A stretch of 58,284 bases of DNA, filler included, from Circinaria calcarea (Eukaryota): NCBI GenBank assembly GCA_051942165.1. It is 7 parts of 7 records of this genome, joined end to end, with 100 filler letters (N's around TTAATTAATTAA, not from the genome) between each part and the next. Parts side by side here need not be neighbours in the genome. Positions count along the whole stretch, not along the records: positions 8,348 to 16,593 come from JAVECS010001146.1; positions 16,694 to 24,934 come from JAVECS010001147.1; positions 25,035 to 33,273 come from JAVECS010001148.1; 4 more parts are not named here. The stretch is one strand, 5' to 3'. Shown in pieces: positions 11,675-25,323 of the stretch. How positions within the stretch are numbered: the stretch's first letter is position 1; every line of letters starts with the position of its first letter. Below the pieces are notes generated by a model, which saw only the letters and a program-made list of their open reading frames with translations, did not search any database and was not told the origin of the DNA. The position numbers and the translations under genes were made by a program.

Positions 11675-14600
11675 ATGCTGGTCGACCACATGGAGACTCA
11701 TAACCACCTCGGCGAGACATACTTAAGGCAACTCACTTTCCCTCCGACACCTGAAGTAGAGTTAGTATGATCCCTCACCCTGCAGCTCTCGAGGTCTTTC
11801 TGACACCAATCTCACAATCAGCCTTGTCGCCGTACATGGCCTGAATCCAAGAAACATCCCGAATCATGGAGAGAAAACGTGGACGGCGGGGAAAAAGGGC
11901 GATGAGAGACTGTGGTTGCGAGACTTCCTGCCGAAGCAGCTTCCAGCCGTCAGAGTGTTCCTCTTCGGATACAATTCCAATGCCGCCTTCAATACGACCA
12001 CCACCGGCGTTACAGAAGCCGCCGAGGACCTGCTGAATAGGCTAAGAAGTGAGCGAAAGGTGCGGTAATCCTGAAGATTGCCCTCTGTTAAATGGGTTCT
12101 GATGATTTGCCCACGGCATAGACGGCCCCGGACCGCCCGCTCATCTTCGTGTGCCATAGCCTAGGAGGGATTGTGGTGAAGAGAGTAGGCTTCTCTCAAT
12201 CTATCCGTCGAATCATATATCACACTGATACCGCATTACTCTCTCCAGGCGATTGTGAAAGCTAGGCTTATTTCGAAATACTCCAGCATCAGTCGATCCA
12301 CTAGAGGCTTTGCCTTCTTCGCTACTCCTCATCAAGGAGGAAACTTTGCAACGTTAGGTGACCCCTTGGCCAATATCTTTAAAGCGGTCCTCGGAAATGT
12401 CCCCAATGATTTCATGAAAGCTCTTCGCCGTGACTCCCTGATTTCGCGAGATTTCAACAACGACTTCGTAGATCAAGGCAGGAACTACCGGATCTGGAGT
12501 TTCTACGAGACCCAAAGTATGTTTAACTTACCCTTGCTGAAGGGCAGAGGATTGGTGCGTCAACTTAGGTCACGGTGTATGCATAATCTGACCACAGATT
12601 TAGATTGTCGATCAGGACTCCGCAACTCTCAACTTAGGCTCGATTGAAACGCGGGTACCTGTCAATGCAACCCATTCGACTATATGTAAATTCCCAACAG
12701 AGGACGAAAATTATAAATTGGTTATATCCAATATATCGGATCTGGTTGAATGGGCTATGAAGTCTTCAGAAGCTCCTCGGATTTCGGTGCCAGGGAGAAA
12801 AGGTTTCTCGAGGGGTGCCTCCAGCGTTTCTTCTGGCAGTGACGATAGTAGTTCAGATAATGGTCCACTAGCAGCCAGAAGGAAGCTTTCCAGTATATCC
12901 CTTATTAAGGATGATGCTCCCTCTAAGTCGTGGAGTACAACTTTGAGCAAATGGAGTAAACGTGGGTGGGTGAGGGAGAAGCGGGGTCCAGTGTGTAAGT
13001 TTCAACAGACAAGCCACGACAAGAGATTGACTGACAGATAATCCATAGTCCTCGTACCATATACACTGAGCCCTAGTTTTACCGGAAGAGAAGACGTCCT
13101 ACATCACCTAAAAAGAGCGTTTAAAGACGGTAATGAGACACAGACGCGGTTTGCATTGTATGGCTTAGGAGGGGTTGGGTAAGACACTTCCCTAATGGGG
13201 TATCAGGGAGTAAGAAAGACTGAATGGAAATAGCAAATCCCAAATCGCCGTTGCCTTTGCCCATTGGTATCGGATAAATTTCCCAGCCCATTCTGTATAC
13301 TGGGTTCATGCAAGCAGCACCGAACGGTTGTATCAATCTCTGGTCGACATTGCTCTCCAACAAAAACTCCTGGGCATCGAGGATCCTAGGGCAAATCATC
13401 TAGATATAGTGAAGAATTGGCTCGAGGACAAGGATAACGGGAACTGGATAATGATCATAGATAACGCAAACAACATTGACACCCTCCAACAAGCACTTGA
13501 ACCGACCTTGTCTAAATCAAAGGCATCATCTAGCTTGGCATTCACAGGACTAGCACACTACATTCCCGAATGCATCCATGGCCAACTTCTATACACCACC
13601 AATAACAGGACGGCAGGGATAGTATTGACCCATCAAGGTCTGCTCCACGAAGTACGGGCCATGAGTCCCCAAGAATCACGTGCAATGCTGCGGAAACTGC
13701 TCGCGCAAGACGGCCGTTCCGTACTTGATTCTGAGCATTTCGACCGGAAAAGTGAAGAACTGGACAGACTCTCGACGCACCTTGATCATTTACCTTTGGC
13801 GCTCGTGCAAGCCGCTTCTCTCATAAGAGAAAGCTATATGGATGTGGACCAATATCTGCACCAGCTGGAGGAAGATTCATCAGCGTTGACTAACTTATTA
13901 TATCGTCAGATTGAACAGTTAGAAGGAAAGATGGACCTTTCAAACGCTGTAGCCGGAACTTGGAAGCTTTGCTTTGAGCAAATCCAATCTCAAAACACTC
14001 CTGCCGCCGAAATACTCTCAATTATGGCATTCTTGGATCCGCAGGGCGTCCCGAAGCCCCTCTTGAATCATAAAAATATCCCATGGCTCACCCTTACTAC
14101 AGCGCTCGGCATCCTCCAAGCTTACTCCCTTATATCAACCGGCTCAGCAAGCGAAACTTATGACATGCACCGGTTAGTACATATCACTACGAGAAAATGG
14201 CTCGAGACTTCAGGTCAGCATAAAAAATGGTCTGTTCGGGCGTTGACCATGTTATCCATCAATTTTCCTAACGGCGACTACCATTCATGGCAAACCTGTG
14301 CACTCTTTCTCCCACACGCGCTGAAGGTCATCCGATGCGAGTTGCACGGTGTCGAGGAGGCTATCCTTCTAGGTACGTTGCAATTCAAGGTCGCCCGATA
14401 TTACTATAAACAGGGTCTATTTTTCGATGCGAAGGAACTCAACCTCCAAGCAATACAGCGACTTGAGAGATCCTTTGGTTCACTGCATGAGCAGACTTTG
14501 GCAGCCAAATCCAATCATGTAGCGGTCTTGAGAAAGTTGGGTGAGTTCCAGGAAGCGGAGCAGCTAGGTTTGGAGGTAATGAAAAACCAAAGAAGGACAC

Positions 14601-15685
14601 TTGGCGCAAATCATCCACAATCATTGACCAGCGGATACCTGCTGTCTCAAGTCTACCGGAACCAGGGCAAGCATAACGAAGCGGTCAAAGAATGCCGCAA
14701 ATCATTAGCCATCATGAGCGAATTTCCCGACTCTAACCAGAGGTATATTGGATCCACAAAGGTTATGCTAGCAGCGAACCTTGAGGACCTTGGCAAGTAC
14801 GCCGAAGCTGAGTCGCTGGATTATGAAGGTGTACACCTTTTGACGACGGAACTGGGACCGACCCATCCAAAAACGCTCGAGGCACAGATCCGGCTATCCT
14901 CTGTGCTGCGCCAGCAAGGCAAATACGAGGAAGCCACTGCCATCATCCTAAGAACTTGGAAAGTCCAGGAGGAAGTCCTCGGTACTAACCATCCGGATAC
15001 CGTTAAATCACGTTGGAATCTTGCCCTGAATCTCCATGCACAATCAAAATACTCCGAAGCCGAGCATCATCTCCGCGAAATCTGTTATCTAGCAGAGCAA
15101 GTCTTGGGTCGTAAGCATCCCGAAACTCTGACCGCGATCTCCAGCCTTGCTGTCACTCTGTGCGCTCAAGGAAACTATCCCGAAGCCATTGAAATGCATC
15201 GTTCTGTCCTTGCCAGACGGATCGCCCACCTTCGCCCTGACCATCCATCAACCCTCGGCTCGCGAACCGACTTGGCCCTTGCCCTCATCGGCGCAGGCGA
15301 CCCTCTTAAAGCAGAATCAATGGAGCAGGAGACTTTGGAGAGGCTTAAAAGATCTGTCGGCAAAAGCGATATCCACGCACTCCGTAGCCGCGAGAATTTG
15401 GCGAGAGCGCTTTGGGCGCAGAAGGATGACAAGGCGAAGGCGAAGCTGGCGAAAGTGCAGGCACGGAAGACGCTAAAGGGGAGGGAAGAGGTGCTGGGGT
15501 GGGAGAATCCGGCGACGTGGGCGGCGGCGGAGTTGGTGGCAGAGATTGTAGGCTGGGGGGAGGAGAGGTGGGGATTGGTTGATCGGGTGGAGCGGGAGAG
15601 GGAGAGGAGGAAGGAGGGGTGTAATGTAAGCGTGAGGGAGGTCGAGGAGGGAGATGAGAAGTCTCTGAAGGGGAAGCTGGAATGA
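11675..15685 (+). CDS. Fungal NLR: SesB-like alpha/beta hydrolase + NB-ARC + TPR repeats (multi-exon)
   Basis: Hydrolase motifs DLVAVHGLN, LWLRDFLP, RVFLFGYNS, RPLIFVCHSLGGIVVK, FFATPHQG, IVDQDSATL and NATHSTICKF. NB-ARC motifs FTGRE, ALYGLGGVG|KSQIA (Walker A split by an intron), WIMIIDNA, LPLALVQAA and YDMHRLV. TPRs of the LG..HP.T type. No internal stop seen after splicing; the start could be 11675 or 11690. Confidence 0.92.
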
Positions 15686-16593
15686 TGGAAGTCGTAGGTT
15701 TCTTGGATTTTGCCATGGAGAAAACTTCTTTTATATATACTCTCACTTTTAACATTCTGGACATAATGGAGATAACCGGAAGCTGGGCCGGGTTAGTTTG
15801 GCTTATGGCGGATACTATGTAACGAAGGAAATACGACAACGCGTTGGGCCAACTATTCGCTCGCAAAATGACATCTATTAAGCAGCAATATGTATGCTGG
15901 CATTTGCTACCTGAGTGTGTAACTAAACAAACTGTCTATACTACGAAAAGCGCTTTTATGAGGTGGAGAGAGTGTAGAGAGCATGGACCAGGCATTATAC
16001 CCGAAGGTAACACGTGATTCGGGTAAGTCCTATGACTTCCAACAATATCCATGTTACTTACTTACCCCTTTCTCTTCCCTTCTCTCTCTCATACATATCC
16101 CCAGGCATATATATCCCATCCCCAATCAGTGATAGTGACAGTGACGTGCAAAATGACAACCACCGGGTCGAAAACGTGAGCTGGTTTTGGAATAGTAAGT
16201 TTTGGGGCTTGCCAAAAAGAAGAAATCATCGATCGATCCCTCCTCCTTTATTTCTAAGACATTTAGGCTATGGTATCCCCTGGGGGGGGGCTCCAACTAA
16301 AAATCCCCAATCAAACAATATATTCAAACTCCACTGTTTTTTGGTCTTTTTTTTTTCCAATGCCAAAAATTCCAAATTCCAAATTCCAAAGTCCAAAATC
16401 GAGACGAGACTAGATTAGACAGTGGTGTCTGTTTTTTTTTTTTTTTTTGGGAAATTCAGAATTTAGATGTAGAAAGATTCAGGGCAATGGAAAGGGAAGG
16501 GAAAAGGGAGGGCTTAAATGCCTTGCTAAAACCCCTTCCTTCCCTTGCTCTGAGGACCTCTTTATATTTTTGAAAAAGGGGAGGGGAGAGAGG

Positions 16594-16693
16594 NNNNNNN
16601 NNNNNNNNNNNNNNNNNNNNNNNNNNNNNNNNNNNNNTTAATTAATTAANNNNNNNNNNNNNNNNNNNNNNNNNNNNNNNNNNNNNNNNNNNN
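16594..16693. other. Artificial contig linker
   Basis: 44 N + TTAATTAATTAA + 44 N. Confidence 0.99.
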
Positions 16694-17166
16694 CCACGAA
16701 ACCACTCACCCCCCCCCTTTTCCCCATCCGAGAGATGCTGTAAACTTACAAAGAATGCAGACTCTGGTTGGTCAAATTTCCCTGGGGATTACAATGGCTG
16801 GATAATGAGCGGAATTGCGTTATAGAACCTGGAATACACGACACGGTTGCGGTACACACCGGTTAGGGTTAGGGTAAGCGAGAAACCCAAGAATCAGACG
16901 GTATCGTTGACAGGCTAGTTTACACAATCAAGCTAATGGAGTTCAAATTCTATCATCAAAAGTAATGTCTTTTGCACGGTTATAGAATAACCATAGACTG
17001 ACGATGGCATACCTTCAAGTGGATATGAACGTTCAAGATTTGCAATTACATCACATGACTCATCCAATACATCGGCAGCTCATTAGTAGATAGAGTACAG
17101 CAGACTCTATGAAATGGACAGCTTACTCGTTCCACGGCCAGGTTTAGATAGATTCCATGCACTTAA

Positions 17167-18261
17167 TCACTCTTCTTCAATAGGTTGCTCAAGTACACTC
17201 GTGGCCCTACTCCCCATCGGCGTCCTCCCAAATTCCCTCACTTGATCCTCGCCAAACCGGACACCCTTGATCTTCTTCGTCCTCTTAACTTCTGGTGCCG
17301 AGTCCCTTTTAATGAAACTGGGCTTGTACGTGTGACCTGCTTTGCTGTCGGGCAAATTCCCTACTCCCACAAAGCTGGACTGGGATAGGTCTGCACCGGG
17401 TATTCCAGCCATGGAAGGCGTAGGTGTGGGTGGGCGTTTCAAGATGGAAGACAGAGGAAATCTAAGGGCCGCTTTAGATCTCCATGGTCGACTCCCGATA
17501 GTATCGTATCCATGACCAAAATCAACGGATTGTCCATCCTTTTCTCCTCCTAGTGCGTCCAGAGAGGAGGGAGGTGGACTGTGGCCCCTGTTTGTCAAGC
17601 GCCACAACCTTTCCTGCTTCTCCTCCGCTGTCTCCCGATATCCTCCTTGGCTACTCGTCCCCTCGCCAATCCTCGACGGATAATCCCCATTCGATGAAAT
17701 CTTGCTCTCGTCGAAGCGTGCATATTCACCATCGATTTCGCCCATAAAGTTGTCCCACGTAGTCTTTCCAGGTGGCCGTAGCTTCCATGCTTTGATCGAC
17801 GTCGAGGACGGTTTCTCATCACTCGAGAGGGAGGAATCGTAGCTTGAGCCTTGACTAGACAGCTCACGCTTACGAGCAGCACGTCTCCAGAGAAAGAAGC
17901 CGGCAACGACCAAAACTAGGACGAACACGACACCGACGCTGATCATGCTCATCATTATGGCAGATGGACCTTTTGGAGGTGGAGAATTAGTTGGCAAGGA
18001 TGGTGAGGTCGAGGTCGTTGTCGAAACTCTTGGTTGGGAAGGAGATGGTGGAGCAGTTGTGGATGCTACGGCAGCATTAACGGGTGTAAAGGGCCTTTGG
18101 AAATCACCCTCTTCCCCGGTCCGAGCTCTTATTGCAGTAGTTTGGCCAGCGCTGTCAAGTAAGAAGGTTGTCCATGCGTTCCATGGATGGAAACGATCAG
18201 TTTCAGGGACTTTGACAATCGCAAAGAGCCCAGGACTGTATTCGTTCGTGTATATTGACAT
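17167..18261 (-). CDS. Single-pass membrane protein with S/T/P-rich stalk (start uncertain)
   Basis: 364-aa ORF with an S/T/P-rich segment, a TM helix ISVGVVFVLVLVVAGFFLW followed by RRAARKR, and a cytoplasmic tail with KGVRFGEDQVREF. Confidence 0.8.
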   Translation of the reverse strand: MSIYTNEYSPGLFAIVKVPETDRFHPWNAWTTFLLDSAGQTTAIRARTGEEGDFQRPFTPVNAAVASTTAPPSPSQPRVSTTTSTSPSLPTNSPPPKGPSAIMMSMISVGVVFVLVLVVAGFFLWRRAARKRELSSQGSSYDSSLSSDEKPSSTSIKAWKLRPPGKTTWDNFMGEIDGEYARFDESKISSNGDYPSRIGEGTSSQGGYRETAEEKQERLWRLTNRGHSPPPSSLDALGGEKDGQSVDFGHGYDTIGSRPWRSKAALRFPLSSILKRPPTPTPSMAGIPGADLSQSSFVGVGNLPDSKAGHTYKPSFIKRDSAPEVKRTKKIKGVRFGEDQVREFGRTPMGSRATSVLEQPIEEE

Positions 18262-20015
18262 GCTTGAGGCCGCTGACTCGACCTCTTATAGCATGTACTG
18301 TCCTCTGACTATTGATGTTCTACTTGATCTAACTACAAATGTAGATTGTAGACACCAACTCGTGACCGTAGTATTTAGTGACCGTAAACTGGTTGTAGAT
18401 CTCGATCTGATTGCCAGATGTAGAAACGGATTTAGGAGCAAAGCATTAATTGATCGCAAACGGGTTTTAGTAATCCAAGCAAGAAGTGCATACAACAGGT
18501 GCATCTGATATCATCAAAGGAACTCTGGGATGTATCACACATTATTCCTGTACCTCGGTTCAAGAATAGTGAATTGGATAGGAAATTATACAGCAGCTGA
18601 CCCGGTGGGATGTACCTTTCAGGCTGCTTCCTCCTGCTAGATCGACAGTGCTCTGGAGGAGTTGGTCTCCAAGTCTTCTGTTAATGGAAATAGAGTTTTG
18701 TCCCCCTCTGGACAATATCTTACAGCTCATGGGAAAAACCTAAGTAGAAACAGAAAACCGCAGACTTACCAGACATTTACCTTTAGCTAAGCTAGGTCTA
18801 TCACATTCATGACAACAGAAGATAGATAATCAGGACTACTTCTGCAGAAGGATTGATACTGATGGCGAAGCAGCACCCAAACAACAGACAAAGGGCGTAT
18901 TAAAGGAACACCCCCTCTCTCCCTGGTGGTATCTGCCCAGACCAGGGGCTATAGATCGCTGCTCTGAAGGCAACTTGACTGGATGTTCTGAGTGAGACGC
19001 GTATCCTCGGGATCACCTTCAGTATCGTCTCGTCGCGTTGTGCGGGTAGTGAAGATGAGTTCTACTGGAGAGACTAGAGATTGAACTGTTCTCATGGAGG
19101 AGGTAGCTCAGTGGTCAGGATGAAATGATAAGCTCTGCAGTCAGCAGCAGTAGAATGGGCGTTATTGGTGGACCCGCCCTGCAGGCATCGTTCCTACGAG
19201 TAATTTGTGTTGATTGTTCATCGGCCGTGAGGGGAAAATCTAAAGCACACCGCCCTTCTCATCGTACGGAAGGAGGGTCAATATAAAGAACGCATGGCCA
19301 GTTCCACAGCGGCCCGTGCAGAGCGGAAGCTCAATGGTTTTCTGCCAAGTCAGAAGATGGATGCATGATGATGGTAGAAGTGACGCCGTGTAACAAACGT
19401 CGTCGACCGTTGAAGGTGATGATGATGTGGGGCCTCCCAACGGCCAACACCAACCAACACAAAGACAACTGAACAACGCGGGCGGAATGCTGTAGGGTCA
19501 CTTTGGCTCCCCCCTCCATCAGTCTCCCCCCCAACTGCTTACTACCGACGGCCCATGGTCGACATCCAGCTGACTATGCCATTCCACCTCTCCACGTCTA
19601 CGATTCGCCAGATCGAGCGTGATACAAAGCCTACCGAGTTGGTTGGGGCTTATCCATTATCTACAAAGAAGGCTCACGATAGCCAGGCATTCTAATGAGT
19701 GTTTCCGCTAAACTGGATGTTGGAGAGCCAGTGGCCTTTCTTTTCCCGACGTGATGACTAGCACAAGCATGACCTTTGCCGCCATGACACCTGACATCTC
19801 TGGCCTTTTTCCTTCCCTCTCCTCCCTTTGCTCACCTCCGTCCTGCTCTCTACCTACATGCACTCGTCATCCTATTGAGATTGCACTCGTCGTGAGGACA
19901 GTGCTCTTCGGCTGCCCCACCGCTGCTCAGTTTCAAAGGAATTAGACTCGGCTCTTTCCAAGGCTCTATATTCGACATCTTGAAGGAGAAGGAAAGAAAA
20001 CGCTCGTCCCTTTTG

Positions 20016-22665
20016 ATGGACAATTCGCCAAAGGACCTCCCGCACGAGACTGGGGTTCGAGAACGGGGATGGCGGACGGTTTTCGGACGCTCGAAAAAAG
20101 CCCCGGCACAAAGCACATCCGCAATGTCTACGGGCTCTGATGGCGACGAGAAATCCAGACCAGCCAAATGGAGTCTGGGCGTCCTCAATGACAAATCGAC
20201 CGATGAAGTACCTGGTAAGTGATTATTGCCACGAACGTCGAGCGACTACGCTGGGATGGTGTTGCCCGTCAACATGGAACTCGGCTAACTCAATGGCCCC
20301 CTTCCAGGCACCGTTCTTCTCATGCCCAAAGAAACCAAGCACAATGAGCCTCTTGGCCTCCGGAACATGCCGACCAGAACGTCTGCTTCGTCTTTGCCCT
20401 TCACGCCCACCTCGGGACCGGTACACACTCGGCCATCAGTTTCTCGCAGGGAATCAAGAAGAAAGGAAGATAAGAAGAAGACGGCCAACGGCCAGATAAT
20501 ATTAGAGCCGCAACCTGATGATTCGATGAATGACCCGCTCAATTGGCCGTCTTGGCGGAGAGACGTTGCGTTGTTATCCCTGGGCTTCTACTGCATGATG
20601 GGAGGTGGCATGACACCGGTCCTAGCCGCAGGATATCAGGACGTATCGGACTCATACGCTGTACCCTTGTCCAAAGTAGCACTTACGACGGGCTTTTATA
20701 TGCTGGGCCTGGGGGTGGGTTCTGTTTTGAACTCGCCCACGGCAATTCTTTACGGCAAACGTCCTGTATATCTCTGCAACATTCTTCTATTCGCATTGAC
20801 TGCTGTTTGGTGTGCGGTATCGCCCAACTACATTTCGTTGGTGGTAGCCCGGGTCTTCATGGGTCTTGCCGTCAGTCCTACCGAATGTCTGCCGTCTGCT
20901 ACGATAGCAGAGATATTCTTTCTCCATGAGCGGGCATATCGACTTGGAGTCTATACCTTACTGCTTCTCGGAGGCAAGAACATAGTCCCATTGGTCAGCG
21001 CAGTCATAATCCACGGTTTAAGCTGGCAATGGGTCTTCTGGTGGGTTCCAAATCTCTCAACGTGGGGTTTTGCACAGGCAATTGACTAGTCTAGGATTGT
21101 GGCCATCATTGTCTGCTTTTGTTTCGGGCTCATTTTCCTTTTCGTTCCCGAGACATTTTGGGACCGCACGCCGATTCCAAAGGTCTACTCAAAGGGAAAG
21201 CGGCCTACGTTGGCATCTCTCAGCGCCATTTTTCACCACCACTCTCACATTGAGAAAAGCTCTGGTGCACTCAACTTTCAAACTAGTCCTAGCTTTACAA
21301 GTGAACAGCCTTTAGAGAATCCCGCAGCCGCGTCGTGGCCTAACGTGACGGCAGGTTCAATCGCTCAAAGACGAACACCAAAAACTTCTCCTCACGTTGG
21401 TTTTGTAGAGGATGGAATTCGACAGCCCGTCCCCACGATAGACTTGGAAGCCCATAACGTTGACATTCAGGTGAAGTCACCTGATAGCGTTTACACTGGT
21501 TCTAGAGCTCACCTTCAAAGCTCTGCACATCTCAATGTTCCAGCCAGTACAGTGGTCACTAATAAGTCAGCACCTCGACCGCTTGCATTCCATTCGGATT
21601 CCTGGAGAGTCGAGCCTCGCGGCGAAGGACCCAAGACACCTGGACTACATAACCTCAACTCGCCGTATTACCTCACTACGGACACGCCTAGGATCGCCTT
21701 TGAACATAAAGAGCCAGACATTGAAGCCGGCAAGTCCCACGTTACTGAAGCGGAATCAACGGTAGAAGTACCCAGTACCGTTGATCTGAACGAGAAGCCT
21801 CCAGCTGTGGATTCGTTCCGTCCGCTCCAATATACGCACCACCTTCGGACTCAACCTGCCAAGACCTTTGTCCAGGCTTTGAGACCATGGAATGGAAGGC
21901 TTTCCAACGACAAATGGTTCAAAGTTGCTGTGCGTCCATTTATACTATTCGCCTATCCGTCAATCCTCTGGTCTACTCTGGTGTATTCTCTCAGTATCGG
22001 TTGGCTCATTGTTCTATCCGAGGCCGTCTCAGTCATTTACCGCAACCCGGATAGCTATAACTTCTCCGCGCTCGGGACCGGTCTCGTGTACATTTCCCCT
22101 TTTATTGGCGGCATCCTTGGTACAGCGGTAGCCGGCAAATTTAGTGATATGATTGTACGATTTATGAGTAAACGGAACGGAGGAGTTTATGAACCGGAAT
22201 TCAGACTCGTGATGGCTATTCCCGTGGCAATTTCCACCGTCATTGGCCTCATGGGCTTCGGATGGAGTGCCGCTGAGAAAAATAGTTGGATTGTCCCAAC
22301 GATATTCTTCGGCATCATCAGTTTCGGTTGCTCTTTGGGGAGTACCACGGCTATTACCTTTGCGGTGGATAGCCATCGACAATATGCCGGCGAAGCACTC
22401 GTGACGCTGAATTTCTCAAAGAGTGAGTTTTCCCCTTGGACCATCTGCCATCCAACACGCTGACGAACTTCTAATAGACATCTTCCACGGCCTCGCCTTC
22501 TCCCTCTTCTTTCCCCACTGGCTCGAGTCCGAGGGGTCAAAAGATGTCTTTATTATCATCGGCGCCATTCAACTCATTTGCCTCGGCACCACCGTCCCCA
22601 TGTACATTTTCGGCAAGCGCGCCAGGATGTGGACTGTGAGGAGAAATCTGATGGAGAGGTTTTGA
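20016..22665 (+). CDS. MFS transporter (Hol1-like), 4 exons, with a long central loop
   Basis: Motifs RPAKWSLGVLND..DEVPG|TVLL, ILEPQPDDSMNDPLNWP, AILYGKRPVYL, IAEIFFLHERAYRLG, FVPETFWDR and NGGVYEPEFRL; ends WTVRRNLMERF*. Canonical introns join the ORF-track pieces. Confidence 0.93.
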
Positions 22666-24934
22666 TTTTGTTTAGTGGTAGGGGGAATTTAGTACGGCAT
22701 TGCGATGGAGCGAAAGGCGGATTTTTTGGGGGGTTTTTTAAGCATTGGGTGGAGTTTCATACCCGGAATTTGTGGATGATGGAAGGAGGTTATCTGTATT
22801 TCTAGAGACAGATTGGGCTTATGCTTGGACTGGGACAACGAGCGATTAGTTCAGGTGCAAGGATGTAATGGATACTTTTATTTTGTGCACTCGTAGCATT
22901 TTCGTCACCAGATTGGAAAGATTTTCACCATCAACAGGCCCCATTTCTCCCTCTCATTTATTTATTTGTTTATTTATACATCCACACTTCGTCAGCCCAT
23001 CCCCTCCCATTGTTTGAAGGATACGTGCTGTCGTGAACGGGTGAGGTTCTAAGCTACAGATGGAAGGCATAAATAAATAAGCCATATACCATAGTAGTGA
23101 GCCAAGATGTACGCTCGACACCATGAATCCGGGTGAAACTGAGACTAAAATCTGAAACCGAAAGGCGAGTAGAGCTGGTATTTTGATTATTTTCACTCTC
23201 TTTTCTTGAAGTTTCCTGTTCCCGGACCGGAACCGGGAACAGGGATCCGAGTCCGGCAAGTCTTTCCCATCCCTTCATGGCCCGGCCCCACATATTATCA
23301 CCAGGACCGTTTTCTTCTTCACGAGCCCTTTGTCCCTCATCCTCTTCCATCATTATCATCGTTCATCACCGTCATCATCATCATTGTTCTCCTTTCCTTT
23401 TTCATCTCCCTATCCGCGCCCGACGTCATCAACCCGGTGAGGTGTGACGAGGAGAAAAATCTCTTCGCGAGGAAACAAAGGAATCCAGGTGGGTCTATCT
23501 ATGGCATGTCGGTTGAGCTTCTCTTGACCCCCACCCCTTTCGAGAAATCGTTGTGCGTCCCTCCTCCTCGTTGTCGTCGATGGGTATATAAAAAAATAAA
23601 GTTGCGTTAACGAGATTATTCAGGGGCAAGGATAAATAGCTGCGGGAAAGAGAAAAGGAAATCCGGGTCAAGGGGCATTAAGGTGCGGTCGTTGGCCGGA
23701 AGGTATATATGAAGAATAATTAAAGAGGTGAAAACATCGTAAAACTACTTAAAAGATCGTTGATCTTTTAATGTCGAGAAAATATTTCTTTTTTTTTTCT
23801 GGCTTCGATTACTATACGCGGGCATCTGCCCTCCCGGTTAGAAAACAATAAACGGGGGCGAGAATTTTTCGACGACCCCACTTTAAATATATATAATTCC
23901 TTCATCTCTTTATTCTTCTCCTCCTTAAACTACCCTTTTCTCTTCTCTTTCTCTCTCCCGCCTACCGGCCTTCGTTCGCCTTCTCCTCTTTTCTCGCCTC
24001 GTTTCCCCGAGGATTCGGTTTGCTGGCCACCGTGTTCGATTTCTAATCAGCCACCTCTCATTCTCTCCGTACATCCGTTAAGGTTTCTTCCTAAACTCGC
24101 TCGATCACGTCGAATTTTCCTTACCCCTTCCCCAATCTATCCCGGTCTTGCCGGTTGTCCTTTTAGACTCTTTTCCCTTTCCAACTTGGCCATGGTCAGC
24201 TCTCGGCAAAACCCTGACGAACGATCGACGCCTTCAATCCCTCCAGACTCGTTCCGGGGGAATCAGCGTCGAACCAGCCAATATCTCACCACGATCAATT
24301 TTCTCCTTTCTGGCCGAAAACCAACGGGCCAACGCTCATCGGGCTGACGGGGGAATATCTTCCCCCTTCTTTCTCGTTTTCAGTTTCAAATTTACACCTC
24401 AACCCGAGTCCCCATAACAGGTATCCCATCTCGAACACCGAGAACCCTCCCCTCTAACTCAACTCGACTCGACCCTCTTCCTCTACAACGTGCGAGAAAT
24501 TAACCTACGGTCGAATGATTGGCATCTTCTACGGAAAAGGGCCGAGCGCGACGGAGATTGATAATCGGATCTGGCAGTTGTTGCGTCGCGTCCTGTTCGA
24601 CTACGCCCAGGTTCGAGCCATCAAGAAGTCCAAGGCAACGAGGCTCGACTCGACGGCCCGAGTTTGTATATAAATATAAACATAAATATATATAACAAGG
24701 AGAGGAAGTTTGAAAAGGGATGAAGGGGAATGGGAGATGGGGTGTGTTCCGTGCGAGCTAACGACCGGTAAAGGGAAGCCGGGGGAAGGAAGGGAAAGTG
24801 GTGGGGGTTTTGAATACGAAAAGGTCCATTCCATTCCATTCCCAGTCCCAATCCCAGTTCAGAAGAGGGGAGACCGCGGGGGCGGGGAGAACGGAGGCGA
24901 GGGCCCTCGGATTTAAAAAAAACAAAATAGGAAG

Positions 24935-25034
24935 NNNNNNNNNNNNNNNNNNNNNNNNNNNNNNNNNNNNNNNNNNNNTTAATTAATTAANNNNNNNNNN
25001 NNNNNNNNNNNNNNNNNNNNNNNNNNNNNNNNNN
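24935..25034. other. Artificial contig linker
   Basis: 44 N + TTAATTAATTAA + 44 N. Confidence 0.99.
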
Positions 25035-25323
25035 GGACCCCCCCCCCCCCCCTTTCCCTTCCCCCTTTTTTCATCCGGCTTGTCTTTTCTTTCTTCTACT
25101 ATCTTTTTGCTCTTAATTTTACAAGGAAGGTACAAGCAAGTAGGGTTCTGGGGATTGATTGACAGGGAGAAAAGAAAACGGGCTACGGCGGATAAATCGA
25201 AATAAGACACACAGACATGCCGAGACTGATTTATCTAGACTCGGACATTAAACAAACCTCTTCCATTCATCTACAGGGAAATTATTATATACAGCACTCA
25301 ATACCCACCACCACCCACCCACC

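Noticed and set aside
16861..16876. GGTTAGGGTTAGGG telomere-like motif near a contig start
   Set aside because: Only two units, internal, and in the wrong orientation for a left chromosome end.
22954..24934. Several short ORFs after the MFS gene
   Set aside because: Low-complexity CT/GA-rich sequence typical of UTR or promoter DNA; no recognisable motifs or consistent exon chain.
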